A stretch of DNA of 58,651 bases from a virus (taxonomy: Duplodnaviria > Caudoviricetes). The DNA lies in IMG/VR virus record IMGVR_UViG_3300017909_003206, positions 1 to 58,651 of that record. One strand, 5' to 3'. Shown piece by piece: positions 48,161 to 56,159 of the stretch (position 1 is its first letter; the number at the start of each line of letters is the position of its first letter). The notes beneath the pieces were generated by a model. The model did no database searches. It worked only from the letters and a program-made list of their open reading frames with translations, and was not told the origin of the DNA. The position numbers were made by a program, and so were the translations under genes.

Positions 48161-50816
48161 ATAAATTATTGAATGTATTCTTCTGTTCGGTTGATTTAAT
48201 ATCCCAATCTAGTACTCCAATTAAATTATCTAACTTATTATCGATAATTGTTGACTCCATTTCGTCATCTGCGAACGGAAGTTCTTGGAACCATTTTGGA
48301 AGTCTAAGTTCATCCGTAGGATATGCAACCGAAGTATATCCCATTGGATTTGTTTTTAGTTTGCAAACGATAACTTTCATACCATCTACAATCTGCATAC
48401 TAAACTTGTCACTATTCATTTCTTTCAGTGAATTCCAGTTAATACTTGCTCTTACGTGTCCCGGCATATTCACCTTTCCATGTTTTTTAAGTCTTGCGAG
48501 ATAATCTGTAACGTTGTTTGCACGTTTAGGTGAACCTTTTTCCCAGCCAGGCCTTGCTTTAAATTTTGTTCTAAACTCAGTAATCATGTCTAGCACATCA
48601 TCTTCTTTAGCACCTGTTAGTACTGCTAACAATACCTCACTTAAAAAGTCTTGCATAAAAACTGGAGTATCAGAACGTTTCAGATCTAATCCCATTGCTT
48701 TTACTTTACCTGGTTTGCCGTCAGTGTCTGTTCTAAATCCTTCTAAGTCATAAATTAAAACTGCATATCTTTTCTTAGTAATATACAATCCTTTTTCGCC
48801 TACAACTTCTCTACCTGCCGCAATAACTTCTCCTCTTGACTTAGGACAATGAAATGCTTGTCCCATAAATGATGGAAATGTTTTGTTTGCTTCTTCACAA
48901 ATTTGATCATACAGTGTAATCACACTATCTTTATCCCAAGGTATTTGACCTTTTTCTATTTCAGCACGTAAACTAGTATATGCACTAAAATAAACAGAAT
49001 CTGTATCACCATATATAATACTTTTACCTACATGATCATATTCACCTGTAATAATCTCATTTACTTTTGCAGACATGTGTTTTGCAATACGCCTACCTGT
49101 AAGTGTTGTGCTTTGCCCAATTCTATGATCAAAAAATCTACAACCTGGATTAAGAATAGCACCATACAAACTATTTAGGTTAATCTTTTTAACTAGTTGC
49201 CTTTTATCCCAAAATGCAGTTTCAATTTTATTGCCGGCATCTTGTGCTTGACCTTTTTTTGCCTGCATTTCTTTTCGTTCAGCATACCATCGTTTTAGTA
49301 GTCCAGGAATAATGCCTTCATATTCTGTTGTAAAAATAGTTCCGTTTGCACTTAACATCCAAGGTTGACTACTATCAAAAATAAGTTTGTACACTTCTGC
49401 GGCACTTAATGTATCAGATTCACCGTTTTCCCAATCAATTATAATTTCAATATCCTTACGTTGTTCCATTACGTAATCATATTCTAAACTACCAAACTTT
49501 CCTTCCCATGCCGCCGCAAATGATTTTTTCTTAAGATGCATTTGCTCGTCGATGTAAGTTTCCGTATGATTTTGTCTAAGTTGTCCTACAACTGTTGCAG
49601 GATCCATGTTTAATGCTCTAATTACACTAGGATACAGTGAATTTAAATCCATTGATCCAATCCAATCATGTAGTCCTTTTTTAGGATATGCCACATACGC
49701 ACCAGCGGCCGCATTTGACCCAGGTTCTCTGTGTACTCTATTAGGAACAATGAAACCACGTCTATGTGCTTCGTTAATAATCGCTTGTTCAGTTACTGCT
49801 ACTGCTCCCATTGTAGTAGGAAGTAATACAGTATTTGCATGAGCAAGTTCGTTTGCTAGATCAATAAATCTTAATTTTTTGTCCAACTTGTCCAGTAGTG
49901 CAACGTCTTGCCTGTTGTATTCAATGAATGTTCTGAAGTCATTGTTATAAAGTTGATCGAGTGTACCTTCATAAACAGTTTTCTTTTCGCCAACTTCCAT
50001 TTCGCCAATAGCGTCGAGCCTATAAGTGTGTCTTTCTTCATATGTATACTTTCTATATAATTCTAAACTATCTAAATGCTGTCTACCAACAAGATCATAA
50101 GTTTCTTGTTCGCGACCGTATTTTTCATAAGTTCTTTTCTTAGGATATTGATCCCACAAACAAAAACGTCTGGTATCTTCTTTTGAAAGAACTCTTGTAA
50201 TTCTATTAACAGTGTACGGGATATCATATCCTTCACTGTTCCAACCTGATAAAACATCTGCATCTTGTATTAGATCTAAAAATGTATCTAACATTTCTGC
50301 TTCTGTTTCAAACAAGTAAGTGTTATCAAAGTCTTTACATTCTTCCTTTGCCTGTTCCATTGTAAGTGTTTTAGGCGGAAGTGCTAGTGTTATCAAACTG
50401 TCCATCCATTGTAAATGTACAGTGATAGCAGTAATTGGAGTGAATGGATCCTCTGGAGATGAATAACCTCTCTCAGGATCAAAGTCTACTTCGATATCAA
50501 AAAATGCAACATTAAGATTTGGAGCATCTTGACCTAAGTAGTTTTCTTCAAGTAATCTATATACAGGATTTACATCTGCTTCATATAGTCCGCGATGTTT
50601 ATTGATTTTTTGTTCTTTAAGGAAGTCTTTCCAACTTTTACATACTACTCTTGATGCAGTATCTCCGTGGGTGCTTTTGTGTTTACCCTTAGGATCTTTG
50701 TAATAGAATACATATCTTGCTGGAAACTCGCGAAACTCTCGTTCGCCTTTTTTACTTCGTTCGACAACTTTAATAATGTCTTTGTCTCTATCCCATAGAG
50801 CGTCTACGTAACTCAT
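48147..50816 (-). CDS. Family B DNA polymerase (T4 gp43-like)
   Basis: Exonuclease motifs 'FDIE', 'WN...YD' and 'YN.QD'; polymerase motifs 'DLNSLYPS', 'K..LNSLYG', 'YGDTDS' and 'KKRY'. Confidence 0.97.
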   Translation of the reverse strand: MSYVDALWDRDKDIIKVVERSKKGEREFREFPARYVFYYKDPKGKHKSTHGDTASRVVCKSWKDFLKEQKINKHRGLYEADVNPVYRLLEENYLGQDAPNLNVAFFDIEVDFDPERGYSSPEDPFTPITAITVHLQWMDSLITLALPPKTLTMEQAKEECKDFDNTYLFETEAEMLDTFLDLIQDADVLSGWNSEGYDIPYTVNRITRVLSKEDTRRFCLWDQYPKKRTYEKYGREQETYDLVGRQHLDSLELYRKYTYEERHTYRLDAIGEMEVGEKKTVYEGTLDQLYNNDFRTFIEYNRQDVALLDKLDKKLRFIDLANELAHANTVLLPTTMGAVAVTEQAIINEAHRRGFIVPNRVHREPGSNAAAGAYVAYPKKGLHDWIGSMDLNSLYPSVIRALNMDPATVVGQLRQNHTETYIDEQMHLKKKSFAAAWEGKFGSLEYDYVMEQRKDIEIIIDWENGESDTLSAAEVYKLIFDSSQPWMLSANGTIFTTEYEGIIPGLLKRWYAERKEMQAKKGQAQDAGNKIETAFWDKRQLVKKINLNSLYGAILNPGCRFFDHRIGQSTTLTGRRIAKHMSAKVNEIITGEYDHVGKSIIYGDTDSVYFSAYTSLRAEIEKGQIPWDKDSVITLYDQICEEANKTFPSFMGQAFHCPKSRGEVIAAGREVVGEKGLYITKKRYAVLIYDLEGFRTDTDGKPGKVKAMGLDLKRSDTPVFMQDFLSEVLLAVLTGAKEDDVLDMITEFRTKFKARPGWEKGSPKRANNVTDYLARLKKHGKVNMPGHVRASINWNSLKEMNSDKFSMQIVDGMKVIVCKLKTNPMGYTSVAYPTDELRLPKWFQELPFADDEMESTIIDNKLDNLIGVLDWDIKSTEQKNTFNNLFDIE

Positions 50817-50821
50817 TTTTT

Positions 50822-50883
50822 CTCCTGTATGCCATTTGCGGCTGACAAATACCTAAGTTGCAGTTTATGGCCTGCCGACCTTC
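50822..50883 (-). promoter_or_regulatory. Structured 5' leader of the polymerase gene: two tandem hairpins with related 8-nt loops
   Basis: GCAG-GCCAUAAA-CUGC and UGUCA-GCCGCAAA-UGGCA lie immediately before the AGGAG RBS. Confidence 0.55.
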
Positions 50884-50884
50884 A

Positions 50885-51121
50885 TCATATATACTTATCA
50901 CCTATTAAGCCTATGATATAAATTATTGTAAGGCCTGCGTTTAAAATAATCAATGATCTTTCTTTCCAAAGTACACCTACTGCTACCCAAATAGTATTTG
51001 CAATTACAAATGCATATGAGTAGTATGGATATAAATTAAAACTTGCCATAGTTGCCGCCAATAATAAAATGCCTGTACCTAACCATGCTAAACTTTGATA
51101 TGGTTTACTGTCTGTTGTCAT
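50885..51121 (-). CDS. Small membrane protein (about 3 TM segments)
   Basis: Hydrophobic segments; probable start is the ATG at 51121. Confidence 0.65.
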   Translation of the reverse strand: MTTDSKPYQSLAWLGTGILLLAATMASFNLYPYYSYAFVIANTIWVAVGVLWKERSLIILNAGLTIIYIIGLIGDKYI

Positions 51122-51131
51122 AATTTTTGCC

Positions 51132-51422
51132 TTAATACCAATTTGCCGCAACGCCATAGCCAAATACATTTACACATGCAAAATAGAAAGTTAGCAAAGT
51201 TACCCATGCCGCTCCTCTTCTATATGATGCATAACATTGTGTTACTGATCCTACAAAAAATAAAGGATACACAATTAGCATATTTGGATCTTTGGCGTTA
51301 AAAGCCAATGTTAAACTTGCACTTACTGTAAAGATAAAACTGATTAATTCATATACAAATGCTACTTTATCAGATTTAAACGAATCAATCCAAAAGTTTT
51401 TAATTTTACCTACATTTAACAA
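51132..51422 (-). CDS. Small membrane protein (about 3 TM segments)
   Basis: Hydrophobic segments; similar topology to its neighbour. Confidence 0.65.
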   Translation of the reverse strand: MLNVGKIKNFWIDSFKSDKVAFVYELISFIFTVSASLTLAFNAKDPNMLIVYPLFFVGSVTQCYASYRRGAAWVTLLTFYFACVNVFGYGVAANWY

Positions 51423-51423
51423 G

Positions 51424-51687
51424 TTACACCTTGTCCTTGCCAGTAGTCACAATGATGTTTTCTAAGTCTTCAAATTCATCTGTTACTTTACTCCACTCAC
51501 CTTTTTGTGCAATCTTAATTGCTTTGTTGATCAGTGTTGGCTTTAAATCTAATTCTTCTGCTACTGCTTTAACAGTATCGCGAAGTCCTTCTTGCAAAGA
51601 ACTTACTTCTTCCATAACTGTTACACCTTCATTTACAATCTGTACCAGTTTTGCTTTTTCTTCCGCACCGAAAACTCTATCACTCAT
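51424..51687 (-). CDS. Putative dsDNA-binding protein (T4 DsbA/GapR-like helical fold)
   Basis: 'L...L.DTVKAVAEE...KP....KAIKIA' pattern; strong promoter and AGGAG RBS. Confidence 0.6.
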   Translation of the reverse strand: MSDRVFGAEEKAKLVQIVNEGVTVMEEVSSLQEGLRDTVKAVAEELDLKPTLINKAIKIAQKGEWSKVTDEFEDLENIIVTTGKDKV

Positions 51688-51713
51688 GATATACTCCTGT
51701 TAGTTTGTTTTAT

Positions 51714-51742
51714 ATTATAAATTGATTTATGCTAAATGTCAA
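51714..51742 (-). promoter_or_regulatory. Perfect-consensus sigma70 promoter heading the polymerase operon
   Basis: TTGACA-17 nt-TATAAT. Confidence 0.8.
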
Positions 51743-52265
51743 GTGTTTTAAACGGAAATGGCAAATTTTTATCTAAGCACTTGAACCATACATTGTTAGG
51801 ACCAATATGGTAATCATTTGGTAGTAATTCATTTACTGCTTTGTTTACACCTTCGAAATCTATATCATGTCCACAAAGCCAACCGTTTGGTTTTAGTTTT
51901 GGAGTGTAATATTGGATGTCACCTTTTACACTTTCGTAATCATGACTTGCATCAATAAAAACAAAGTCTAATGATTGATCTTCAATTTCGGTATGTACAT
52001 TATGACTGTGGCCTTCAATTGGTTTTAGTCTAGGCCCATACTTTAGCATTGCTTTATCACTATAAAATAATTTGATGTCATAGTCAATTGCGTACATTTT
52101 AAGTTGCGGAAATTTATCAAGTAAATGGAAAGTTGTTCTCCCATTTCTAACACCTACTTCACACCCTACTTTAGGATTTACCTTTTTGAAAAGATCTGCT
52201 AGAAAATTATCTCTTCTATTAGGACCTTTATAGTCTATTGTTCTTTTAACTTTAACTTTTGCCAT
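51732..52265 (-). CDS. Class I SAM-dependent methyltransferase (Methyltransf_24-like)
   Basis: 'EVGV..G.T', 'D.VFIDA.H.YE.V..D......LK..G...GHD' and 'GV.KAV.E'. Confidence 0.85.
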   Translation of the reverse strand: MAKVKVKRTIDYKGPNRRDNFLADLFKKVNPKVGCEVGVRNGRTTFHLLDKFPQLKMYAIDYDIKLFYSDKAMLKYGPRLKPIEGHSHNVHTEIEDQSLDFVFIDASHDYESVKGDIQYYTPKLKPNGWLCGHDIDFEGVNKAVNELLPNDYHIGPNNVWFKCLDKNLPFPFKTLDI

Positions 52266-52420
52266 TCTTCTTCAAATCCTTCTGAGTGTATATACGACTC
52301 TTCGTTATACCATACTCTTTTAAAATAATTATCGTAACAACTTAATATACATTCCTCTGTTGCATTAAAGTGACCTTTTACAATCCAAAAAATCCTATAT
52401 GCTTCTTTCTTATTGGTCAT
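52235..52420 (-). CDS. Hypothetical protein
   Basis: Overlaps the genes on both sides. Confidence 0.55.
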   Translation of the reverse strand: MTNKKEAYRIFWIVKGHFNATEECILSCYDNYFKRVWYNEESYIHSEGFEEEWQKLKLKEQ

Positions 52421-53043
52421 CTAACAAAAGCGCCAATTCGACCGTGTACATCTGGATCTTTAATATATGTGAACCCTAACGGTGCAGTTGTATCTTGTCC
52501 TTCCCACACAGGAACATATTCGTTTCTGTCACCAGGAAAATCTGGATTAGATCTAAAATGTACTTCTATTAGTTTATCTTCTATATACTCTAAATTAATT
52601 GTTTGGTATTTTAGTATTGCCGGATACAATATTTTAGGGATAACATGTTGTTTTTGATTTTTAACTTTTATCCACTTATCCCATTTAACAAAAGTTTCAG
52701 GTTTTTTGTATCCTTGAACAGTTAATTGTTTATGTCCCCAATCAGGCCAAAAATCTACACTATAATGATTGCCATCAAACCATTCACACCAAAAATATCC
52801 TGTAGGTAAATGTGTAGTATCTTTTTCTAACCAAACTTTTTCTGCACCTAATCCTAAACCCATTATGTTAACGCATGGACGAACAATATACCATCCTGGA
52901 GTGTTAACGTCAATGCCAACTGGTCCGCAGTTATAGCCTAATTTTTTTGATAGAATAAGTTTATCAAGTACCCAAATATGATCTGGATCAATATTTTTCC
53001 AGACTAAATCTTCTACGGTATCTTCATACACTATCTTCTTCAT
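52417..53043 (-). CDS. ATP-grasp-like protein (truncated fold)
   Basis: 'YIVRP..N..G.G.G', 'W.E...G..YSVD' and 'N.E......IEV..R' resemble ATP-grasp motifs. Confidence 0.5.
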   Translation of the reverse strand: MKKIVYEDTVEDLVWKNIDPDHIWVLDKLILSKKLGYNCGPVGIDVNTPGWYIVRPCVNIMGLGLGAEKVWLEKDTTHLPTGYFWCEWFDGNHYSVDFWPDWGHKQLTVQGYKKPETFVKWDKWIKVKNQKQHVIPKILYPAILKYQTINLEYIEDKLIEVHFRSNPDFPGDRNEYVPVWEGQDTTAPLGFTYIKDPDVHGRIGAFVR

Positions 53044-53674
53044 CCTTTGATTTGTACGACCATTCGTCAGTGTGTCCTACTGACCACTTAGGTGTGTTTT
53101 CAACAGTGTAGTTTTGCGAACATACTTTAAAGTCTGGCATCTTTCTATCAGGATGAACTAGACTTTGATCAGTCCATATAACTCTGTTGTTGGGTTGTGC
53201 CGCAAACTGTCCGTTATCCATTTTAATTACATTAAATGATTTATGTTCTGGGTCGTGTTCTGAAAAATTAGTATTGAGTGTGCTGTTATCTCTATGGCAA
53301 GTATCAAGTGTAAAAATATATTCACCCTTGTGCATTTTTTTATCTTTGCCAAAAAACTCACAATCACAAAGCATAGGTTTTTTAATTACTGTAATATCAT
53401 AATCAAAGCAATCCCATATTTGTAAATGATCTAAAGGAAGTTGATTATCTTTGTCATAATCTAATTTCCATACAAAAGCACTAATAGGAAGTTTATCAAA
53501 TAAAGCACCGTACTCAGTAAGTAGTGTTTCAAAATATAATGCTTTACTTTGTATACTGCGTATGCTTATCCATACACCTGGTGTTAGTTCTCCATGACCT
53601 TTTTGTAAATCGTATAGATATTCTTTCTTTACGTATACTTCAATAGGTGGTAAATTATGAACTAAAAATGCCAT
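53024..53674 (-). CDS. Conserved hypothetical phage protein
   Basis: Long ORF with AAGG RBS and upstream TAAATA; 'GA....LPISAF', 'WDCF', 'EHKS' and 'NG.FA.QPNNR'. Confidence 0.75.
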   Translation of the reverse strand: MAFLVHNLPPIEVYVKKEYLYDLQKGHGELTPGVWISIRSIQSKALYFETLLTEYGALFDKLPISAFVWKLDYDKDNQLPLDHLQIWDCFDYDITVIKKPMLCDCEFFGKDKKMHKGEYIFTLDTCHRDNSTLNTNFSEHDPEHKSFNVIKMDNGQFAAQPNNRVIWTDQSLVHPDRKMPDFKVCSQNYTVENTPKWSVGHTDEWSYKSKDEEDSV

Positions 53675-53702
53675 ATGTATCCTTGGTTAAGTGTTACTAT
53701 GG

Positions 53703-53708
53703 TATTTA
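53703..53708 (-). promoter_or_regulatory. Late-promoter-like TAAATA
   Basis: Intergenic CTAAATAC on the - strand; the same octamer occurs at 56156-56163. Confidence 0.5.
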
Positions 53709-53711
53709 GTG

Positions 53712-53864
53712 TTACTTCTTAGGCAAGACCTTTTTTGAGCGGAATAATTTTGCACGTGGAACCTTTAGATTTTTCTTTCCATACACATCACCTATTTTAA
53801 AACGGTAACTCATATGGGCAGGATCAAGTCCATAGAAATAATCAGTAATTTCTTTTATCTTCAT
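53712..53864 (-). CDS. Small basic protein, 50 aa (not in the ORF track): MKIKEITDYFYGLDPAHMSYRFKIGDVYGKKNLKVPRAKLFRSKKVLPKK
   Basis: Translated by hand. ATGA overlap with the NifU-like stop; carries the MKIKEI N-terminal motif. Confidence 0.65.
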   Translation of the reverse strand: MKIKEITDYFYGLDPAHMSYRFKIGDVYGKKNLKVPRAKLFRSKKVLPKK

Positions 53865-54148
53865 GTATAGTAAGGGTCCACAGTTGAGTTAGGATCATCT
53901 TCAGCACTAATTGTTTTTACTTCTGGCACATAATGTTTAAGCATATTTTCAACACCCATTTTAAGTGTAATTGTACTACTAGCACAACCACTACAAGCAC
54001 CGCCAAGTATTAGATCTAAATGTCCATCTTTGTAATTTACAAAATCTATAACCCCACCATGTGAAGCCACAGCGGGTTTTATATTGAATTCGATTATGTC
54101 TTTAATCGCTTCTATTATTTCTTGATCTGTTCTGTCATCAACTATCAT
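53861..54148 (-). CDS. NifU/NfuA C-terminal domain protein (Fe-S cluster carrier)
   Basis: 'I.P....HGG.I', 'GACSGC.SS..TLK.GVE..L....PE'. The true start is probably the ATG at 54148; the longer ORF-track start runs through the metallothionein gene. Confidence 0.88.
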   Translation of the reverse strand: MIVDDRTDQEIIEAIKDIIEFNIKPAVASHGGVIDFVNYKDGHLDLILGGACSGCASSTITLKMGVENMLKHYVPEVKTISAEDDPNSTVDPYYT

Positions 54149-54257
54149 TACAACATTTGCATTCGCAACTTGTACAAACATCGTTTGGGCACTGTTCACA
54201 CTCTTTGCCGCAGTGATGATCACAACCGCATTTTTCACATTTGCAATCGTTATTCAT
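54138..54257 (-). CDS. Metallothionein-like protein, 39 aa (not in the ORF track): MNNDCKCEKCGCDHHCGKECEQCPNDVCTSCECKCCNDS
   Basis: Translated by hand: 12 Cys and 2 His in CxC/CxxC/CC arrangements, no aromatic residues. AAGGA RBS; overlaps the upstream stop and the downstream start. Confidence 0.8.
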   Translation of the reverse strand: MNNDCKCEKCGCDHHCGKECEQCPNDVCTSCECKCCNDS

Positions 54258-54765
54258 TTTTGTTTCCTTCCACTATGTTTAAATATGATGCAAAACTTTT
54301 CGTAAGCATATTTTCAACTGAATTAGTTTGCATCTCTTTTTCTTTTTCCAAATCACTTGTTGCTTTCATTAGTGCTTTTACTAAAGCAGGATCTTTCCTA
54401 GTATGTTTATTTGATTTAATATCTTGTAGTGCTTTTTTTCTAGCACGATACTCATCTGTTGACAATTCAACTAATTGATTGATAGATTCGTATAAACTAC
54501 TCAATTGGTTTTCAATTTTATCTAAACGTTTTTCAACTTCAGACCAACTACTATCTTTATTTGTAACTGCATTAGATTGAACTGTAAGATTAGGTTGTGT
54601 TGGTTGTGTTACACCTGCCAAAGTTGCAAAATCACTAGCAGTAGCAGGTTTTACTTCTTTTGTTTCATTTAAAACCTTTTGTTGTGCTGGATTGTCAGGT
54701 GTTAATCCTTTATTCTCAATACCTAACTCTGTAAATTGATTTAATATTTTTTGTAAATCTGCCAT
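54250..54765 (-). CDS. Hypothetical protein, probable head-associated/scaffold-like protein
   Basis: AAGGAG RBS, coiled-coil, 'LAGV' motif shared with 57544-57762. Confidence 0.65.
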   Translation of the reverse strand: MADLQKILNQFTELGIENKGLTPDNPAQQKVLNETKEVKPATASDFATLAGVTQPTQPNLTVQSNAVTNKDSSWSEVEKRLDKIENQLSSLYESINQLVELSTDEYRARKKALQDIKSNKHTRKDPALVKALMKATSDLEKEKEMQTNSVENMLTKSFASYLNIVEGNKNE

Positions 54766-54774
54766 AACTACTCC

Positions 54775-54930
54775 TTAAGAAACACTTTTACTTTTTGTTT
54801 TTCCTCCGCTCTGTCGTTTTTTTCTTCCTGCACAGTGAGCCTTTTGACTAAACCCTTTTGGATTGGAACAGTCGATTGCTTTTTTATATTTCTTGCTCCA
54901 GGCTTCACTAATGATCTCATAATATCTCAT
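54775..54930 (-). CDS. Small basic protein, 51 aa (not in the ORF track): MRYYEIISEAWSKKYKKAIDCSNPKGFSQKAHCAGRKKRQSGGKTKSKSVS
   Basis: Translated by hand. ATGA overlap with the upstream stop; MRYYEI..E motif. Confidence 0.75.
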   Translation of the reverse strand: MRYYEIISEAWSKKYKKAIDCSNPKGFSQKAHCAGRKKRQSGGKTKSKSVS

Positions 54931-55334
54931 TTTGTTCTGACGTTCTTTGCTTTTCCACGTCTGTTTTTGTTTGGGTCTTCTCTACGTTTGCGGCTTGCGG
55001 CTGTCTTACGACCTTTTTTACCTAGTGCTTGTGCTTTACTTCTTGGTAAACATTTAGGCTTACCTTCTTTACTAGAACCTCTTGCACAGTCGCCTCTTAT
55101 TTTTCCATCTGGACCAAAACGCACCCATTTGTCTTTAAACCATTTGCGTAAATCCTCTGGTACATTATCTTCAAATGTAAGTTCTCCACAGTTTACGCAA
55201 AAGTCTATTTCATTCATTATGTTGTTGCCAACATTTTTAAAACCAAATCTGTTGTTAGGACCTTTACCTGGTTTGTGTACAAGTCCCATTGCTTTTGCAG
55301 TGTGTGGCATTATAATGAATTCTTTAATACGCAT
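54927..55334 (-). CDS. Basic hypothetical protein, probable internal virion protein
   Basis: MRIKEF start; 'E.LRKWF..KWV...C.R......PKC.P' module; Lys/Arg-rich. Confidence 0.7.
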   Translation of the reverse strand: MRIKEFIIMPHTAKAMGLVHKPGKGPNNRFGFKNVGNNIMNEIDFCVNCGELTFEDNVPEDLRKWFKDKWVRFGPDGKIRGDCARGSSKEGKPKCLPRSKAQALGKKGRKTAASRKRREDPNKNRRGKAKNVRTK

Positions 55335-56134
55335 TATTTTTTGCTGTTACCCCAATTTTTTGCACCTACTTTTCTGCACTGCACTAAGGCACCACTTGCA
55401 TAAGCACTTGGCCAAACTTTGTATCTTGATTTTACTTTGTGATAACAAGCATCTTTTTTGCCTGCCGCTTCATCAAATTGTTCTTCAGTAATGGGTTGAT
55501 TATTTTTATCTTCTTTTACTGCTGTAAGTTTGTTTTCTAAAGAATCAAAGTATTCGTCTTTAACATCTTTCATTGCCATCATACGACTTTTTTCAACTTC
55601 TTTATATGCTTCGTATTCCATGTAATGAAAAACGCTTGAAAGATAATCACTTGCTTTAGTAATTTTAGATGCTGTCCAGCCTTCTAAGTTATCACCTGGT
55701 TGAATCATTTTAAACAGTTTTATAGCATATTCGGCCGTTTGCATTAATTGAGCACGAGCCATATCTGCTTCGTGATCTTCATAATCATCATGCCCTTCTT
55801 TTAGATTCTTTTTAGTATTTTTTTCAATGCGTTTCATTGCATCAATGTGTGTTGAATGATATCCATGACCCTTTAGTTTAGCATCGCCTATTTCTTTTTT
55901 AGCGTCTGCTACTGAATCTAAGAATTTAATCATTTGTGCATCTGTAACACTACCGCGTTCTTGTGCGGCTTTTTCCATGCCTAGATACTTGTCTACTGCT
56001 CTAGCGGCTTTTACTAATGCTTTTTCGTCAACACCTTTTTCTTTTGCAGACTTGTTAAAAGCCGTAACAGCGCCAGGGCATATATCAAAATGTTTGGTTT
56101 CAAATGAACCATGTGAGAATTGTTTTGCCATCAT
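55334..56134 (-). CDS. Modular hypothetical protein, probable internal virion protein
   Basis: Distinct modules ('HFDICPGA', 'DHE..MAR.QL...L.GW..SKITKA.DY', 'KDACYHKVK.RY.VWPSAYASGALV.CRK') separated by Glu-rich linkers. Confidence 0.7.
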   Translation of the reverse strand: MMAKQFSHGSFETKHFDICPGAVTAFNKSAKEKGVDEKALVKAARAVDKYLGMEKAAQERGSVTDAQMIKFLDSVADAKKEIGDAKLKGHGYHSTHIDAMKRIEKNTKKNLKEGHDDYEDHEADMARAQLMQTAEYAIKLFKMIQPGDNLEGWTASKITKASDYLSSVFHYMEYEAYKEVEKSRMMAMKDVKDEYFDSLENKLTAVKEDKNNQPITEEQFDEAAGKKDACYHKVKSRYKVWPSAYASGALVQCRKVGAKNWGNSKK

Positions 56135-56159
56135 ATGCTCCTATTGATTATAAGTGTAT

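Noticed and set aside
48147-50816. Intein or intron in the DNA polymerase
   Set aside because: The ORF is continuous at 889 aa. The extra segment between motifs A and B has no intein C/S...HN ends or LAGLIDADG motifs.
54149-54238. N-terminal extension of the NifU-like ORF as given in the ORF track
   Set aside because: This stretch is better explained by the metallothionein-like ORF in another frame; the NifU domain begins near the ATG at 54148.
54835-55491. 218-aa + strand ORF (and similar + strand ORFs at 28611-29171 and 57799-58278)
   Set aside because: Antisense shadows of Lys-rich - strand genes, which explains their Phe/Leu richness; no RBS or recognisable motif.
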